Assembly (NCBI GenBank): GCA_041496385.1
Contig: JBGQEL010000028.1
Span: forward strand, 1-44,416
Direction: 5' to 3'
Source of the DNA: Candidatus Methylomirabilia bacterium
GTDB lineage: Bacteria > Methylomirabilota > Methylomirabilia > Rokubacteriales > CSP1-6
DNA length: 44,416 bases
Made by a program: the position numbers and the translations under genes. The number at the start of each line of letters is the position of its first letter. The first letter of the stretch is position 1. Below, one piece after another: positions 1 through 12,844 of this stretch. A model generated the notes under the pieces. The model was not told the origin of the DNA. It did no database searches and saw only the letters and a list, made by a program, of their open reading frames with translations.

Positions 1-280
1 GACCGCAGCAGCGCCTGGAGCGTCGCCGCGATGGCGGGCTCCTCCCATGCCGGCACCAGGTGCACGAAGACGGGCGCGTCCGCCTCCCGCTCGAGCCGCG
101 CCTCGTCGGGCAGCTCGTCGAGCCGCGCGTAGGCGTCCTCGACGGCGCGGCACGTCGTGAGCATGCCCTTCCAGTCCAGGAGCAGCTTGAAGGCGGCGCG
201 CCCGTTCACGAGGAGCGCCACCCAGAACATGCCGAACCAGAACCACCCCGTGCCCCAGCACCACTGCCAGAACGCGTCCA

Positions 281-281
<1 letters not shown>
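1..281 (-). CDS. Probable family 2 glycosyltransferase, N-terminal part (runs off the window)
   Basis: ATG at 281 overlaps the ftsB TAA (TAATG). Manual translation MDAFWQWCWGTGWFWFGMFWVALLV...PVFVHLVPAWEEPAIAATLQALLR shows an N-terminal TM segment and a GT2-like beta1 motif (vlvPA.eE). Not in the ORF track. Confidence 0.55.
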
Positions 282-2769
<2,488 letters not shown>

Positions 2770-2773
<4 letters not shown>

Positions 2774-3009
2774 GCCTCTCCTTCGGGCTCCCAGGCGAAC
2801 GGTTTGGCGCCGAGCGCGCCGCCCTCGTCCTTGGTCAGCACCTCGATGCGCCGCTCCGCCTCCTCGAGATACCGGGCGCAGTGACGGGCCAGCGCGATGC
2901 CCTCCTCGAAGACCCGGAGCGAGTCCTCGAGCGCCAGGTTGCCGGCCTCGAGCTGGCCCACGATCTGCTCGAGCCGCGCCAGCGAATCCTCAAATTTGAG
3001 GTCGGTCAT
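2770..3009 (-). CDS. xseB: Exodeoxyribonuclease VII small subunit
   Basis: FEDSLARLEQIVGQLE...LEDSLRVFEEG motif; downstream of xseA. Confidence 0.95.
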
Positions 3010-4276
3010 CGCGCTCCTTCGTGGCCGCCACGCGGCATTCGAGCGTGCCCTCGTGGAGGCGCACCCGGACGTCGTCGCCGGCCCGCACGTCGCGCGCGCG
3101 CCGGACGATGGCGCCCGCCGGCGTCAGCGTCAGGCTGTAGCCGCGGCCCAGCACGGCCAGCGGCGAGAGCGAGTCGAGCCGGCCGACCGCCTCACCGAGG
3201 CGCCGCCGCGAGCCGCCGAGCGCCAGACGCATCTCGCTCCGAAGCCGCGCGTCGAGACGCTCGAGGTGGTGGCGGCCGTTCGCGAGCCGCGCCAGCGGGC
3301 TCGCCGAGCGCAGCGCGGCGGTCGCCAGCTCGACGCCGTGGGCGCCGCGGCGCCATTCGGCGTGCACGCCGCGGCGCAGGCGCAGCGTGAGGTCGTCCAC
3401 GCGGCGCTCGAGATCGCTGAGCGGCCGGTGCGCCGCGCGCCGGAGCCGCCGCGCGAGGTCGTCGAGGGCGTCCACCACGGCCTGCTTCTCGCGCACGACC
3501 AGCTCCGCGGCGGCCGAGGGCGTCGGCGCGCGCAGGTCGGCGACGAAGTCGGCGATCGTGAAATCCACCTCGTGGCCGACCGCGGAGATGACGGGCGCCT
3601 TCGACCCGGCGATCGCCCGGGCGACGACCTCCTCGTTGAAGGCCCAGAGGTCTTCGAGCGAGCCGCCGCCGCGCCCGACGATGATGACGTCCACGTCGCC
3701 GAGTCCGTTGAGCTGGCGCAGGCACTGGGCGATCTCCTCCGCCGCCCCCTCGCCCTGCACGCGGCAGGGCGCGATGACGATGTGCAGGTCGCCGAAGCGC
3801 CGCCCGATCACGCGCAGCATGTCGCGCAGCGCCGCGCCGCTCGGCGAGGTGACGATGCCGATCTTCCGCGGGAATCTCGGCAGCGCCCGCTTCCGCGCTT
3901 CGTCGAACAACCCCTCGGCCTGCAGCCGCGCCTTGAGCTGCTCGAAGGCGAGCTGGAGCGCGCCGAGCCCCTTCGGCTCCAGCAGCTCGATCACCAGCTG
4001 GTACTCGCCGCGCTGGGCGTAGACCTCGACGCTGCCGAAGGCCATCACGTGCAGGCCGTCGGCCGGCTCGAACTTGATCCGTCGGCCGCGGTTCCGGAAG
4101 AGCACGCACCGGAGCTGGGCGTCGGCGTCCTTCAGCGTGAAATAGGCGTGGCCGGACCCGTAGAGACGGAAGTTCGAGATCTCGCCCTCGACCCAGACGG
4201 CGGGGAAGCGCTCCTCCAGCAGCGCCCGGAGCTGCTCGGTCAGCTCCGCGACGGTCAACACCGCGCGGTCGGTCAT
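2990..4276 (-). CDS. xseA: Exodeoxyribonuclease VII large subunit
   Basis: VWVEGEISN, SGHAYFTLKD, RGGGSLEDLWAFNEE, GHEVD and APTPSAAAE motifs; start reassigned to ATG 4276 (ATGA overlap with folD). Confidence 0.97.
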   Translation of the reverse strand: MTDRAVLTVAELTEQLRALLEERFPAVWVEGEISNFRLYGSGHAYFTLKDADAQLRCVLFRNRGRRIKFEPADGLHVMAFGSVEVYAQRGEYQLVIELLEPKGLGALQLAFEQLKARLQAEGLFDEARKRALPRFPRKIGIVTSPSGAALRDMLRVIGRRFGDLHIVIAPCRVQGEGAAEEIAQCLRQLNGLGDVDVIIVGRGGGSLEDLWAFNEEVVARAIAGSKAPVISAVGHEVDFTIADFVADLRAPTPSAAAELVVREKQAVVDALDDLARRLRRAAHRPLSDLERRVDDLTLRLRRGVHAEWRRGAHGVELATAALRSASPLARLANGRHHLERLDARLRSEMRLALGGSRRRLGEAVGRLDSLSPLAVLGRGYSLTLTPAGAIVRRARDVRAGDDVRVRLHEGTLECRVAATKERDDRPQI

Positions 4277-5124
4277 CGTCCCGTGAGGCGGCGCCGGGCG
4301 GCGGCGAGCGTGTTCTTGAGCAGCATCGCGACCGTCATCGGCCCGACGCCGCCGGGCACCGGCGTGATCGCCTCGGCGCGCGCCTTCGCCGACTCGAAGT
4401 CCACGTCGCCGACCACCTTGCCGGTGTCGAGCCGGTTGATGCCGACGTCGATCACCCAGGCGCCCTCCTTCACCATGTCGCCCGTGACCATGCGCGGCCG
4501 GCCGGCCGCCACGCAGAGGACGTCGGCCCGGCGCGTGTGGAAGGCCAGGTCCCGCGTACGCGTGTGGCACATGGTCACGGTCGCGTGGCGCGCCAGCAAG
4601 AGCTGGGCGAGCGGCTTGCCGACGAGGCGCGAGCGGCCGACGACGACGGCCTCCTTGCCCTCGAGCTTGGCGCCGTAGTGGTCGAGGATCTCCATGCAGC
4701 CCGCGGGCGTGCCCGGCACGACCGTCGGCGCGCCGACGAGGAGCTGGCCGAGATTCTGGGGGTGCAGGCCGTCCACGTCCTTCTCGGGCGCGATCGCGCG
4801 GATCGCCTCGTCCTCGTCCAGGCCCGCCGGCAGCGGGAGCTGGAGCAGGATCCCGTGCACCGCGGGGTCCGCGTTGAGCGCGCCGAGCCGCGCGAGCAGC
4901 TCGGGCTGCGTGAGGCCGTCGGGAAAGACGTGGTCGCGCGTGGCGATGCCGACGGCGTCCGACGCCTTCATCTTGTTCGCGACGTAGATCTTCGACGGCG
5001 CGAAGTCTCCGACGAGCACCACCGCGAGCATCGGTACCGTCCCCGTCTCCGCGCGCAGGCGATCGACGCCCGCCTTGACCTCGCCGAGCACCCGCTGGGC
5101 GACCGCGCGGCCGTCGAGGATCAC
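4273..5124 (-). CDS. folD: Bifunctional methylene-THF dehydrogenase/cyclohydrolase
   Basis: ILDG, GILLQLPLP, KDVDGLH, VGKP and TPVPGGVGPMT motifs; GTG at 5124 overlaps the upstream stop. Confidence 0.97.
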   Translation of the reverse strand: MILDGRAVAQRVLGEVKAGVDRLRAETGTVPMLAVVLVGDFAPSKIYVANKMKASDAVGIATRDHVFPDGLTQPELLARLGALNADPAVHGILLQLPLPAGLDEDEAIRAIAPEKDVDGLHPQNLGQLLVGAPTVVPGTPAGCMEILDHYGAKLEGKEAVVVGRSRLVGKPLAQLLLARHATVTMCHTRTRDLAFHTRRADVLCVAAGRPRMVTGDMVKEGAWVIDVGINRLDTGKVVGDVDFESAKARAEAITPVPGGVGPMTVAMLLKNTLAAARRRLTGR

Positions 5125-5897
5125 GCGGGGACGCGCAGGCGGCGGATGGACGTGGCGCGGCCGGTGTCGGGGTCGACCACGATCACCACGCCGTGCAGGG
5201 CCGCGGGGCCCTTGGCGGTCTCGAAGCGGATGGGCATCTGGTTGAGGAAGCGCTGGATGATCTGGTCGCGGTCGACGCCGATGACGCCGTCGGTCGGTCC
5301 CGTGAGGCCGAGGTCGGTGATGTACGCGGTCCCGCCGGGCAGCACGCGCTCGTCCGCGGTCTGGACGTGCCGGTGGGTGCCGACGACGGCGCTCACGCGC
5401 CCGTCGAGGTACCAGCCCATCGCGAGCGACTCGCTCGTCGCCTCGCAGTGCATGTCCACGAGGATGATCCCCGCCTCCTTCCGCAGCTCGGGCAGGACCT
5501 CGTCCGCCTTGTGGAACGGGCAGTCGATCGGCAGCATGAACACGCGCCCCATGAGATTGAGGACCGCGATCTTGTGCGGGCCGCACTTCACGGTGACGTG
5601 ACCGACGCCCGGCGTCCCCGCGGGGAAGTTGGCGGGCCGCAGGAGCAGGTTCTCCTTGGTGATGTACTCGATGATCTCGCGCTTGTCCCAGATGTGGTTG
5701 CCCGAGGTCATGACGTCGGCGCCCGCCTCGAGGATCTGCCGCGCGATCGGCGCGGTCACGCCGAAGCCGCCGGCGGCATTCTCGACGTTGACGACGGCGA
5801 AGTCGATCGCGTGCTCCTGGCGGAGCCGCGGGAGAAGCTTCGCGATCGCCTGGCGGCCGGGCTCGCCGTAGACGTCGCCGACCATCAGGATGTTCAT
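5121..5897 (-). CDS. ymdB: YmdB-family metallophosphoesterase
   Basis: GDVYGEPG, NVENAAGG, TSGNHIWD, DMHCEATSE and GTHRHVQTADE motifs; downstream of rny. Confidence 0.92.
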   Translation of the reverse strand: MNILMVGDVYGEPGRQAIAKLLPRLRQEHAIDFAVVNVENAAGGFGVTAPIARQILEAGADVMTSGNHIWDKREIIEYITKENLLLRPANFPAGTPGVGHVTVKCGPHKIAVLNLMGRVFMLPIDCPFHKADEVLPELRKEAGIILVDMHCEATSESLAMGWYLDGRVSAVVGTHRHVQTADERVLPGGTAYITDLGLTGPTDGVIGVDRDQIIQRFLNQMPIRFETAKGPAALHGVVIVVDPDTGRATSIRRLRVPA

Positions 5898-5901
5898 CGG
5901 G

Positions 5902-7461
5902 CTACTTGGCCACTTCGACGGCGCGCGTCTCGCGGATCACGACCACCTTGATGTGCCCGGGGTACTGCATCTCGGCCTCGATGCGCTTGCTGATGTCCCG
6001 CGCGAGCTGGTGCGCGTCGAAGTCCGACACCATGTCGGCCTTGGTCATCACGCGCAGCTCGCGCCCGGCCTGGATCGCGTAGCACATCTCCACGCCCTTG
6101 TAGGACATCGCGATCTCCTCGAGCTTCGCCAGGCGCTTGATGTAGGACTCGAGCACGTCGCGCCGCGCGCCGGGGCGCGCCGCCGAGATGCCGTCGGCCG
6201 CCTCGACGAGCACCGCCTCGATCGTCTCGGGCTTGACGTTCTCGTGGCCGCAGAGCGCGGCGTTGATGACCGCGGCCGACTCGTTGTACTTGGTCAGCAC
6301 CTGGAGGCTGAGCTCGGGGTGGCTCCCCTCCTGCTCGTGCGTCAGCGCCTTGCCGATGTCGTGGAGCAGCCCCATGCGTTTGGCGAGCTTCACGTCGGCC
6401 TTGATCTCGGCCGCCATCATGCCCGCGAGCCAGGCCACTTCCTTCGAGTGCTGCAGGCAGTTCTGGCCGTAGGAAGTCCGGTAGCGCATGCGGCCCACGA
6501 GCTTGACCAGCTCGGCGTGGAGGCCGTGGACGCCCACCTCGAAGCAGGCCTTCTCGCCCTCCTCCTTCAGGTGCTCGTCCATCTCCTTCTTGACCTTCTC
6601 GACGACCTCCTCGATGCGCGCCGGATGGATGCGGCCGTCGGCGATCAGGATCTGGAGCGAGCGGCGCGCGATCTCGCGCCGGTACGGGTCGTAGGCCGAG
6701 ATGAGCACGGCCTCGGGCGTGTCGTCCACGATGAGGTCCACGCCCGTGTGGAGCTCGAGGGCGCGGATGTTGCGCCCCTCGCGCCCGATGATGCGCCCCT
6801 TCATGTCGTCCGAGGGCAGGTCCACGACGGAGACGGCCGTCTCCACCGTGTAGTCGGGCGCGAGCCGCTGGATGGTCGTCGCGAGCACTTCCTTGGCCTT
6901 GACCTCGGCCGTCTCGCGCGCCTCCTCCTCGAGCCGCATGGCCAGGAGCTGCGCCTCGCGGCGCGCCTCCTGCTCCATCCCGGCCAGGAGCTGGCGCTTG
7001 GCCTCCTCCGCGGTGAGCCCGGCGATGGTCTCGAGCTTGCGCCTCTGCTCCTCGAGCGCCGTGGCGAGGCGGCTCTCCTTCTCGCCGACCGTCCGCTCGC
7101 GGCCGACGAGGTCACGGTCCTTGGAGGCCGAATCCGTCAGGCGACGGTCGAGCTGGTCGAGCTTGCGGCCGACCTCCTCCTCCTTGGCCACGATCCGCTG
7201 CTGGCCCTGCTGGAACTCGCGCTCGCGGCGGCGCGCCTCTTCCTCGAGCTCGGTCCGCGCCTTGAGCGCGATCTCCTTGGCCTCGAGGTCGGCGGACTTG
7301 CGGCGGGTCTCGGCATTGCGCTCGGCGTCGCTGATGATCGACTCGGCGCGGCCCTGGGCCTCACCGACTTTCTTTTCGCTGATCCATTTGTGCAGGAGAA
7401 ATCCGATGACCAGGGCGAGCACGGCGATGATCGCGTCGAGGACTAGCCAAAGGTCTTGCAT
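5902..7461 (-). CDS. rny: Ribonuclease Y
   Basis: N-terminal TM, coiled coil, KH domain (MKGRIIGREGRNIR) and HD domain (LLHDIGKA). Confidence 0.98.
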   Translation of the reverse strand: MQDLWLVLDAIIAVLALVIGFLLHKWISEKKVGEAQGRAESIISDAERNAETRRKSADLEAKEIALKARTELEEEARRREREFQQGQQRIVAKEEEVGRKLDQLDRRLTDSASKDRDLVGRERTVGEKESRLATALEEQRRKLETIAGLTAEEAKRQLLAGMEQEARREAQLLAMRLEEEARETAEVKAKEVLATTIQRLAPDYTVETAVSVVDLPSDDMKGRIIGREGRNIRALELHTGVDLIVDDTPEAVLISAYDPYRREIARRSLQILIADGRIHPARIEEVVEKVKKEMDEHLKEEGEKACFEVGVHGLHAELVKLVGRMRYRTSYGQNCLQHSKEVAWLAGMMAAEIKADVKLAKRMGLLHDIGKALTHEQEGSHPELSLQVLTKYNESAAVINAALCGHENVKPETIEAVLVEAADGISAARPGARRDVLESYIKRLAKLEEIAMSYKGVEMCYAIQAGRELRVMTKADMVSDFDAHQLARDISKRIEAEMQYPGHIKVVVIRETRAVEVAK

Positions 7462-7467
7462 TTCAAG

Positions 7468-7497
7468 AGTATAGGCGGCAGTCAGTCAGGGAGTCAA
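7468..7497 (-). promoter_or_regulatory. Sigma70-type promoter of rny (leaderless type)
   Basis: TTGACT-N18-TATACT, followed 6 nt later by the ATG; no SD sequence. Confidence 0.7.
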
Positions 7498-7676
7498 ATC
7501 CCCACCTCTGCCGTGTGCCGACGGTGTTTCGAACCTGGCATGTCCAGGTGGGCGCCGTTAATTGGAGGGCTTCAGGCTTCCCCTTCGAGAGGGGCTTGCG
7601 CACCACCCTCGCTTACAGCTCCCCTTGTTTTTACGAGGTTGAAACTTTCCCCCGGCATCACGAACAGCGTAGGGAC
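7498..7676 (-). ncRNA. ssrS: 6S RNA
   Basis: About 180 nt, less GC-rich than the flanks. 5' GTCCCT pairs with 3' GGGGAT; internal GGGAGC and GCCCACCTG...CAGGTTC segments resemble 6S RNAs; lies in the zapA-rny interval where 6S is commonly found. Ends approximate. Confidence 0.85.
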
Positions 7677-7715
7677 GAAGCATGTGTACCATGACGTCCG
7701 AGGAGGGCGCAAGCG

Positions 7716-8486
7716 ATGGGAGGACCCGCGGTGCGACGCGAGAGCAACGGACCCGTGACGACGATCATCCTCGACCGCCCCGAGCGGCGCAACGCCGTGG
7801 ACCCGCCGACGGCCGCCGCGCTGCGGGCGGCGTTCCGCGAGTTCGAGCGCGACCGCGCGGCGCGCGTGGCCGTGCTCTGGGGCGCCTCGGGCACCTTCTG
7901 CGCGGGCTTCGACCTGAAGGCGCTCGCGACGCGGCCGCGCCGGCTCTCGCGCGCGTACGGCGAGGGGCCCATGGGGCCCTCGCGCATGCGCGGCTCCAAG
8001 CCGGTCATCGCCGCGGTCTCGGGCCACGCCGTCGCCGGCGGCTTCGAGCTGGCGCTCTGGTGCGACCTGCGCGTCCTCGAGGAGGACGCGGTGCTGGGCG
8101 TCTTCAATCGCCGCTGGGGCGTGCCGCTGATCGACGGCGGCACCGTACGGCTGCCGGCGATCGTGGGCCTGGGCCGCGCGCTCGACCTGATCCTCACCGG
8201 GCGGCCCGTGGACGCGCGCGAGGCCGAGCGCATCGGGCTCGCCACCCGCGTCGTGGCCAAGGGCCGGGCGCGGGAGGAGGCGGAGGCGCTGGCTCGCACC
8301 ATCGCGGATTTTCCCCCGAGCTGCGTCAAGAGCGACCGGCAGTCCGCCTACGAGTCGCTCGGCGCGACCTTCACCACCTCGCTGCGGCGCGAGCACGCGC
8401 TCGGCATGCGCTCCCTCGCGTCGGGCGAGGGCCTGGCGGGCGCGCGGCGCTTCGCCTCTGGCGAAGGCCGCCACGGGCGGTTCTAG
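7716..8486 (+). CDS. Enoyl-CoA hydratase/crotonase family protein
   Basis: LDRPERRNAV, FCAGFDL, GGFELALWCD and WGVPLIDGG motifs; GGAGG SD upstream. Confidence 0.93.
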   Translation: MGGPAVRRESNGPVTTIILDRPERRNAVDPPTAAALRAAFREFERDRAARVAVLWGASGTFCAGFDLKALATRPRRLSRAYGEGPMGPSRMRGSKPVIAAVSGHAVAGGFELALWCDLRVLEEDAVLGVFNRRWGVPLIDGGTVRLPAIVGLGRALDLILTGRPVDAREAERIGLATRVVAKGRAREEAEALARTIADFPPSCVKSDRQSAYESLGATFTTSLRREHALGMRSLASGEGLAGARRFASGEGRHGRF

Positions 8487-8782
8487 GCGCCGGGCTCCTT
8501 CGGCGTCGCCCGGTCGAGCAGGGTGACGAGCGCCGAGAGGCGACGGCCGACGTCCTTCTGGTCGCGCGAGGAGTCCTCGCGCGCCTTGAACAGCTCGTCG
8601 GTCATGTCGAGGGCGGCGAGCGTCAGCGCCTTGAGCGGGTCCTTCACGCCCGCGCGCTGCAGCGCCGTCACGCGCTCCTCCAGATGTTTCGCGAGGGAGC
8701 GGATGTAGTCGGGCGATTCCTCGGTACGAATCGTGAGCGTCTGACCGAAGAGCTGCAGCTCGATGCGCCGGGGCTCGCTCAT
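8483..8782 (-). CDS. zapA: Cell division protein ZapA
   Basis: IELQLFGQTLTI...LAALDMTDEL pattern with a C-terminal coiled coil; synteny downstream of pheT. Confidence 0.85.
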   Translation of the reverse strand: MSEPRRIELQLFGQTLTIRTEESPDYIRSLAKHLEERVTALQRAGVKDPLKALTLAALDMTDELFKAREDSSRDQKDVGRRLSALVTLLDRATPKEPGA

Positions 8783-8982
8783 TCCGCCTTCTCCAGATCG
8801 AGCTTGGCGATGTCCTTCAGGATCGCGTCCACCTGGGAGAGCACCTGTCTCTTCTCGTCGGCGGAGCGCTTGGCGTCGCGCCGGAGCTGCGCGTTCTCCT
8901 CGCGGAGCCGCCCCAGCGCCTCGGCCGCGCGGCGCACCGCCTCCTCCAGCTCGGCCAGACGCTCGAGAATCGGGTCGGCCAT
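8779..8982 (-). CDS. ZapB-like small coiled-coil protein (67 aa)
   Basis: [33 protein letters not shown]...; ATG overlaps the pheT stop (TGATG); sits directly upstream of zapA. Confidence 0.7.
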   Translation of the reverse strand: MADPILERLAELEEAVRRAAEALGRLREENAQLRRDAKRSADEKRQVLSQVDAILKDIAKLDLEKAE

Positions 8983-11444
8983 CAGGCGCCTCTCAACGTG
9001 ATCCCGAACGCTCCGGTGATCCGGCGGGTCACGGATTCCAGGACAGCGTTGACCTCGTCGTCGGTGAGCGTGCGATCGTCGGCCTGGAACGTGAGCCGCC
9101 AGGCGAGGCTCCGGCGGCCGTCGGGAAAGGGAAAGACGTCGAAGAGCGTGACGGCGCGCAGGAGCGGCCCGGCCTCGCGCGCGAGCGCATCCGCGATCCC
9201 GGCGGCCGTGAGCGCCTGCCCGGCGCCGAGCACGAGCGCGAGGTCGCGCTGGACGGCGGGGAAGCGCGGCAACGGCTGGTAGCCGCGGGGCGGCGCCTGC
9301 GCCGCGGCGGCCGCGTCGAGCGACACGGCGGCGGCGAACACGGGCGCCGCGATGCCGTAGGCCTCGCGCACGGGCGCGGCGACCTCGCCGAACTCGGCGA
9401 CCACCAGGCCCGCCTCGGTGGCGAGCGTGCCGTGGCAGTCGGGCTCGAAGCCGCCGAGCCGTCCGGGGCCGCCCGCGCGCGTCGCCACGCCGAGCGCCGC
9501 CAGCACGTGCTCGGCGAGGCCCTTGGCGTCGTAGACGTCCGCGGGCGCGTCGGGCGTGTGCCACGCGTGCGGGGCCCGGGCGCCCGTCAGCGCGAGCGCC
9601 GCCCAGCGGGGCTCGACTGTTGTAGCGGGGTCCGCGAGGCCGGCTTCCGCCGCGGGTGGCCTGCCCGAGGAGCGTGCCGGCTCCGCGCTGCGCTCGTACG
9701 TCTTGCACATCTCGAAGAGCGCGACGTCGGGCTGCTGGCGTCGCACGTTGACGGACACCGAGCCCAGCAGGCCCTCGAGCGGATGACTTCTGAGGACCGA
9801 CGCATCCTGGGCGAGCGGATTCAGCACCCTCAGCGGCTCGGCGGCGTCCGGGGCGCGCAGCAGCGCCGCCCGGGCCGGATCGCCGAGCACGTGCGTCACC
9901 GCCTCCGCCAGGCCCGCGCCGGCGAGCGCGCGGCGCACGACCTCGGCCTGGCGCAGGCTCGCCGGCTGGCGGACGACGTCCGCGGCGCTCACGGGGAGCG
10001 TCGAGGGCAGCTTCGCGTAGCCCCAGATCCGGATGATCTCCTCGACGAGATCGTCCTCCAGCGCCAGGTCGCGCCGGAAGCTCGGCACCTCGACGTCGAG
10101 CGTTGCGCCCCGCACGCGCGTCGGGAGGCCCAGGCCTCCCAGGATGCGCCGGGCCTGGGCGGTCGTCGGCGCCACGCCGAGCACGCGCTTCACGCGCGAC
10201 ATCCGGAGGCGCAGGCGCACGGGCTTCCGGCGGCGCGGGTAGACGTCCACCATGCCGGGCGCGATCGTCCCGCCGGCCAGCTCGGCGATGAGCTGCGCGG
10301 CGCGCGCGGAGGCGTCCACGAGCGCCTCGATGTCGGCGCCGCGCTCGAAGCGATAGGCGGCGTCGGTCCGGAGGCCGAGGGCGCGCGAGGTGCGGCGGAT
10401 CGAGACCGGGTCGAAGTACGCGCTCTCGAGCAGCACGCGCGTCGTCCGATCGGTCACCTCGGTGTTGGCGCCGCCCATGACGCCGGCGAGGCCGACGGCG
10501 CGCGCCGGGTCGGCGATGACGAGCATCGCGGCGTCGAGGAGGCGCTCCTGGCCGTCGAGGGTGGTGAAGCGCTCGCCCGTCCGCGCCCGGCGCACGACGA
10601 TCGTCGCGTCCGTCACCCTGTCGTAGTCGAAGGCGTGGAGCGGATGGCCCCGCTCCCAGAGGACGTAGTTGGTCACGTCCACGACGTTGGTGATGGGCCG
10701 CAGGCCGGCGGCGCGCAGGCGCGCGGCCATCCAGGCCGGCGACGGCCCGACCGTGACGCCGCCGATGACGCGCGCGGTGAAGCGCGGACACAGGTCGGGC
10801 GCCTCGATGCGCACCCGCGCGAGCCGCCGCGCTGCCGCGCCCGATTCCTTCGGCGCCCGCGCCGGCACGCGCAGGCGCGCGCCCGTGAGCGCCGCCAGCT
10901 CGCGCGCCACGCCCACCACGGAGAGGCAGTCCGGGCGGTTCGGCGTGATCTCGATCTCGAGCACGTGGTCGTCGAGGCCGAGGTGCGCGACGAGGTCCTG
11001 CCCGAGCGGCGGGTCGCCGTCGAGCAGCAGGAGTCCCGCCTCGTGCTCCTCGCCGAGCCCGAGCTCGCGCTCCGAGCAGAGCATGCCCTGCGACTCGACG
11101 CCGCGAATCCTGGCCGCCCCGATGCGCCGGCCGCCCGGGAGCGTGGCGCCGGGCGGCGCGAAGGCGGCGCGCGCGCCCACCTTCGTGTTGGGCGCGCCGC
11201 AGACCACCGAGAACCGCTCGCGCCCCGTCGAGACGCGGCAGAGCAGGAGCCGGTGCCCCTGGCTCTCACCGAGCTCGCGCTCGATCGCCTCGATCTCGCC
11301 GATGACGACGCCCGTGAGATCGGCCGGGGCGAGCGCGGTGACGCTCGCGACCTCGAGCCCCGCGTTGATCAGCCGGTCGGCGGCGTCCGCGGCGCCGAGC
11401 TTCACGTCCACGAACTCGAGCACCCAGCGGTACGGGATCTTCAT
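8982..11444 (-). CDS. pheT: Phenylalanyl-tRNA synthetase beta subunit
   Basis: [30 protein letters not shown] and FPAVQRDLA motifs plus a C-terminal FDX-ACB domain. Confidence 0.98.
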   Translation of the reverse strand: MKIPYRWVLEFVDVKLGAADAADRLINAGLEVASVTALAPADLTGVVIGEIEAIERELGESQGHRLLLCRVSTGRERFSVVCGAPNTKVGARAAFAPPGATLPGGRRIGAARIRGVESQGMLCSERELGLGEEHEAGLLLLDGDPPLGQDLVAHLGLDDHVLEIEITPNRPDCLSVVGVARELAALTGARLRVPARAPKESGAAARRLARVRIEAPDLCPRFTARVIGGVTVGPSPAWMAARLRAAGLRPITNVVDVTNYVLWERGHPLHAFDYDRVTDATIVVRRARTGERFTTLDGQERLLDAAMLVIADPARAVGLAGVMGGANTEVTDRTTRVLLESAYFDPVSIRRTSRALGLRTDAAYRFERGADIEALVDASARAAQLIAELAGGTIAPGMVDVYPRRRKPVRLRLRMSRVKRVLGVAPTTAQARRILGGLGLPTRVRGATLDVEVPSFRRDLALEDDLVEEIIRIWGYAKLPSTLPVSAADVVRQPASLRQAEVVRRALAGAGLAEAVTHVLGDPARAALLRAPDAAEPLRVLNPLAQDASVLRSHPLEGLLGSVSVNVRRQQPDVALFEMCKTYERSAEPARSSGRPPAAEAGLADPATTVEPRWAALALTGARAPHAWHTPDAPADVYDAKGLAEHVLAALGVATRAGGPGRLGGFEPDCHGTLATEAGLVVAEFGEVAAPVREAYGIAAPVFAAAVSLDAAAAAQAPPRGYQPLPRFPAVQRDLALVLGAGQALTAAGIADALAREAGPLLRAVTLFDVFPFPDGRRSLAWRLTFQADDRTLTDDEVNAVLESVTRRITGAFGITLRGA

Positions 11445-12466
11445 GCGAACTGCCGGACGAACCGGAGATCGTTGTCGAAGAACAGGCGGAGGTCGTCGAT
11501 GCCGTACTTCAGCATCGCGATCCGATCGATCCCCATGCCGAACGCCCAGCCCGTGACCTCTTCGGGGTCGTAGCCGACGTTCCGGAGCACGCGCGGGTGG
11601 ACCATGCCCGACCCCAGGATCTCGAGCCAGCCGCCCTGCTTGCAGAGCCGGCAGCCCACGCCGCCGCAGAGGAAGCAGAGGACGTCCACCTCCGCCGAGG
11701 GCTCGGTGAACGGAAAGAACGAGGGCCGGAAGCGGATCCGTGACGCGGGCCCGAACATCTCACGCGCGAACAGCTCGAGCGTGCCCTTGAGGTCGCCCAT
11801 CGTGATGCCGCGGTCCACCGCGAGCCCCTCGACCTGGTGGAACATCGGCGAGTGCGACTGGTCGGCGACGTCGCGGCGGAAGACCTTGCCGGGCACGATG
11901 ATGCGGACGGGCGGCTTCCGCGCGAGCATCGTCCGGATCTGCACGGGCGAGGTGTGCGTCCGGAGGAGCGTGGACTCCGACAGGTAGAAGGTGTCCTGCA
12001 TGTCCCGCGCGGGGTGATCGCGCGGGATGTTGAGCGCCTCGAAGTTGTAGTAGTCGGTCTCGATCTCAGGGCCCTCGACGACGGAGAAGCCGAGGCCGGC
12101 GAAGATGGCGACGATCTCGTCGTGGACCCGCGTCAGCGGGTGGACGGCCCCGCGCGGCGGGCGCCGCCCGGGGAGCGTGAGGTCCAGGCGGGCGCCCGCG
12201 CGCGCCGTGCGGCGCTCGCCCTGCGTCGCCTCGCCCAGGCGTGTCTCGAGCAGCGCCTCGAGCTCGCGCTTGACCTCGTTGGCCGCGGCGCCGACGAGCG
12301 GGCGCTCCTCGGGCGCCAGCGTCCCGAGCGAGCGCAGGAGCTGGGTCAGGGCGCCCTGACGCCCGAGGAACCGCACGCGGACCTGCTCCAGCTCCGCCGA
12401 CGTACGCGCCGCGGCGACGGCGGCGCGCGCTTCCTGCGCGATCGCGTCGACGCGCGGATGGCCCAC
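11441..12466 (-). CDS. pheS: Phenylalanyl-tRNA synthetase alpha subunit
   Basis: [27 protein letters not shown] and FPFTEPSAE motifs. Confidence 0.99.
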   Translation of the reverse strand: MGHPRVDAIAQEARAAVAAARTSAELEQVRVRFLGRQGALTQLLRSLGTLAPEERPLVGAAANEVKRELEALLETRLGEATQGERRTARAGARLDLTLPGRRPPRGAVHPLTRVHDEIVAIFAGLGFSVVEGPEIETDYYNFEALNIPRDHPARDMQDTFYLSESTLLRTHTSPVQIRTMLARKPPVRIIVPGKVFRRDVADQSHSPMFHQVEGLAVDRGITMGDLKGTLELFAREMFGPASRIRFRPSFFPFTEPSAEVDVLCFLCGGVGCRLCKQGGWLEILGSGMVHPRVLRNVGYDPEEVTGWAFGMGIDRIAMLKYGIDDLRLFFDNDLRFVRQFA

Positions 12467-12469
12467 GAA

Positions 12470-12826
12470 CTAGCCGCGCTGGGGCCGGGCCGTCTCGGCG
12501 AGCTTCGCGAACCCCTGCGGGTCGCTGACCGCCAGCTCGGCCAGCACCTTGCGGTCGAGGAGGATCCCCGTGCGCTTGAGCCCCGCCATGAAGACGGAGT
12601 AGGAGAGGCCGACCTGGCGGCACGCGGCGTTGATCCGGACGATCCAGAGCCCCCGCGCCAGCCGCTTCTTCTGTTTGCGCCCGCGGTACGCGAAGGCCCC
12701 CGCGCGCAGGACGGTCTCGGCCGCCGTGCGGTAGAGCTTGCGCCGCCCGCCGACGTACCCCTTCGCCTTCTTGAGGATCTTCTTGCGCCGCTGGCGCGTC
12801 TTCGAACCGCCTTTAGCCCGTGGCAT
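12470..12826 (-). CDS. rplT: 50S ribosomal protein L20
   Basis: [12 protein letters not shown]...LWIVRINAA...[10 protein letters not shown]. Confidence 0.98.
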   Translation of the reverse strand: MPRAKGGSKTRQRRKKILKKAKGYVGGRRKLYRTAAETVLRAGAFAYRGRKQKKRLARGLWIVRINAACRQVGLSYSVFMAGLKRTGILLDRKVLAELAVSDPQGFAKLAETARPQRG

Positions 12827-12844
12827 GCTTCCAGTCCTCCCGGA

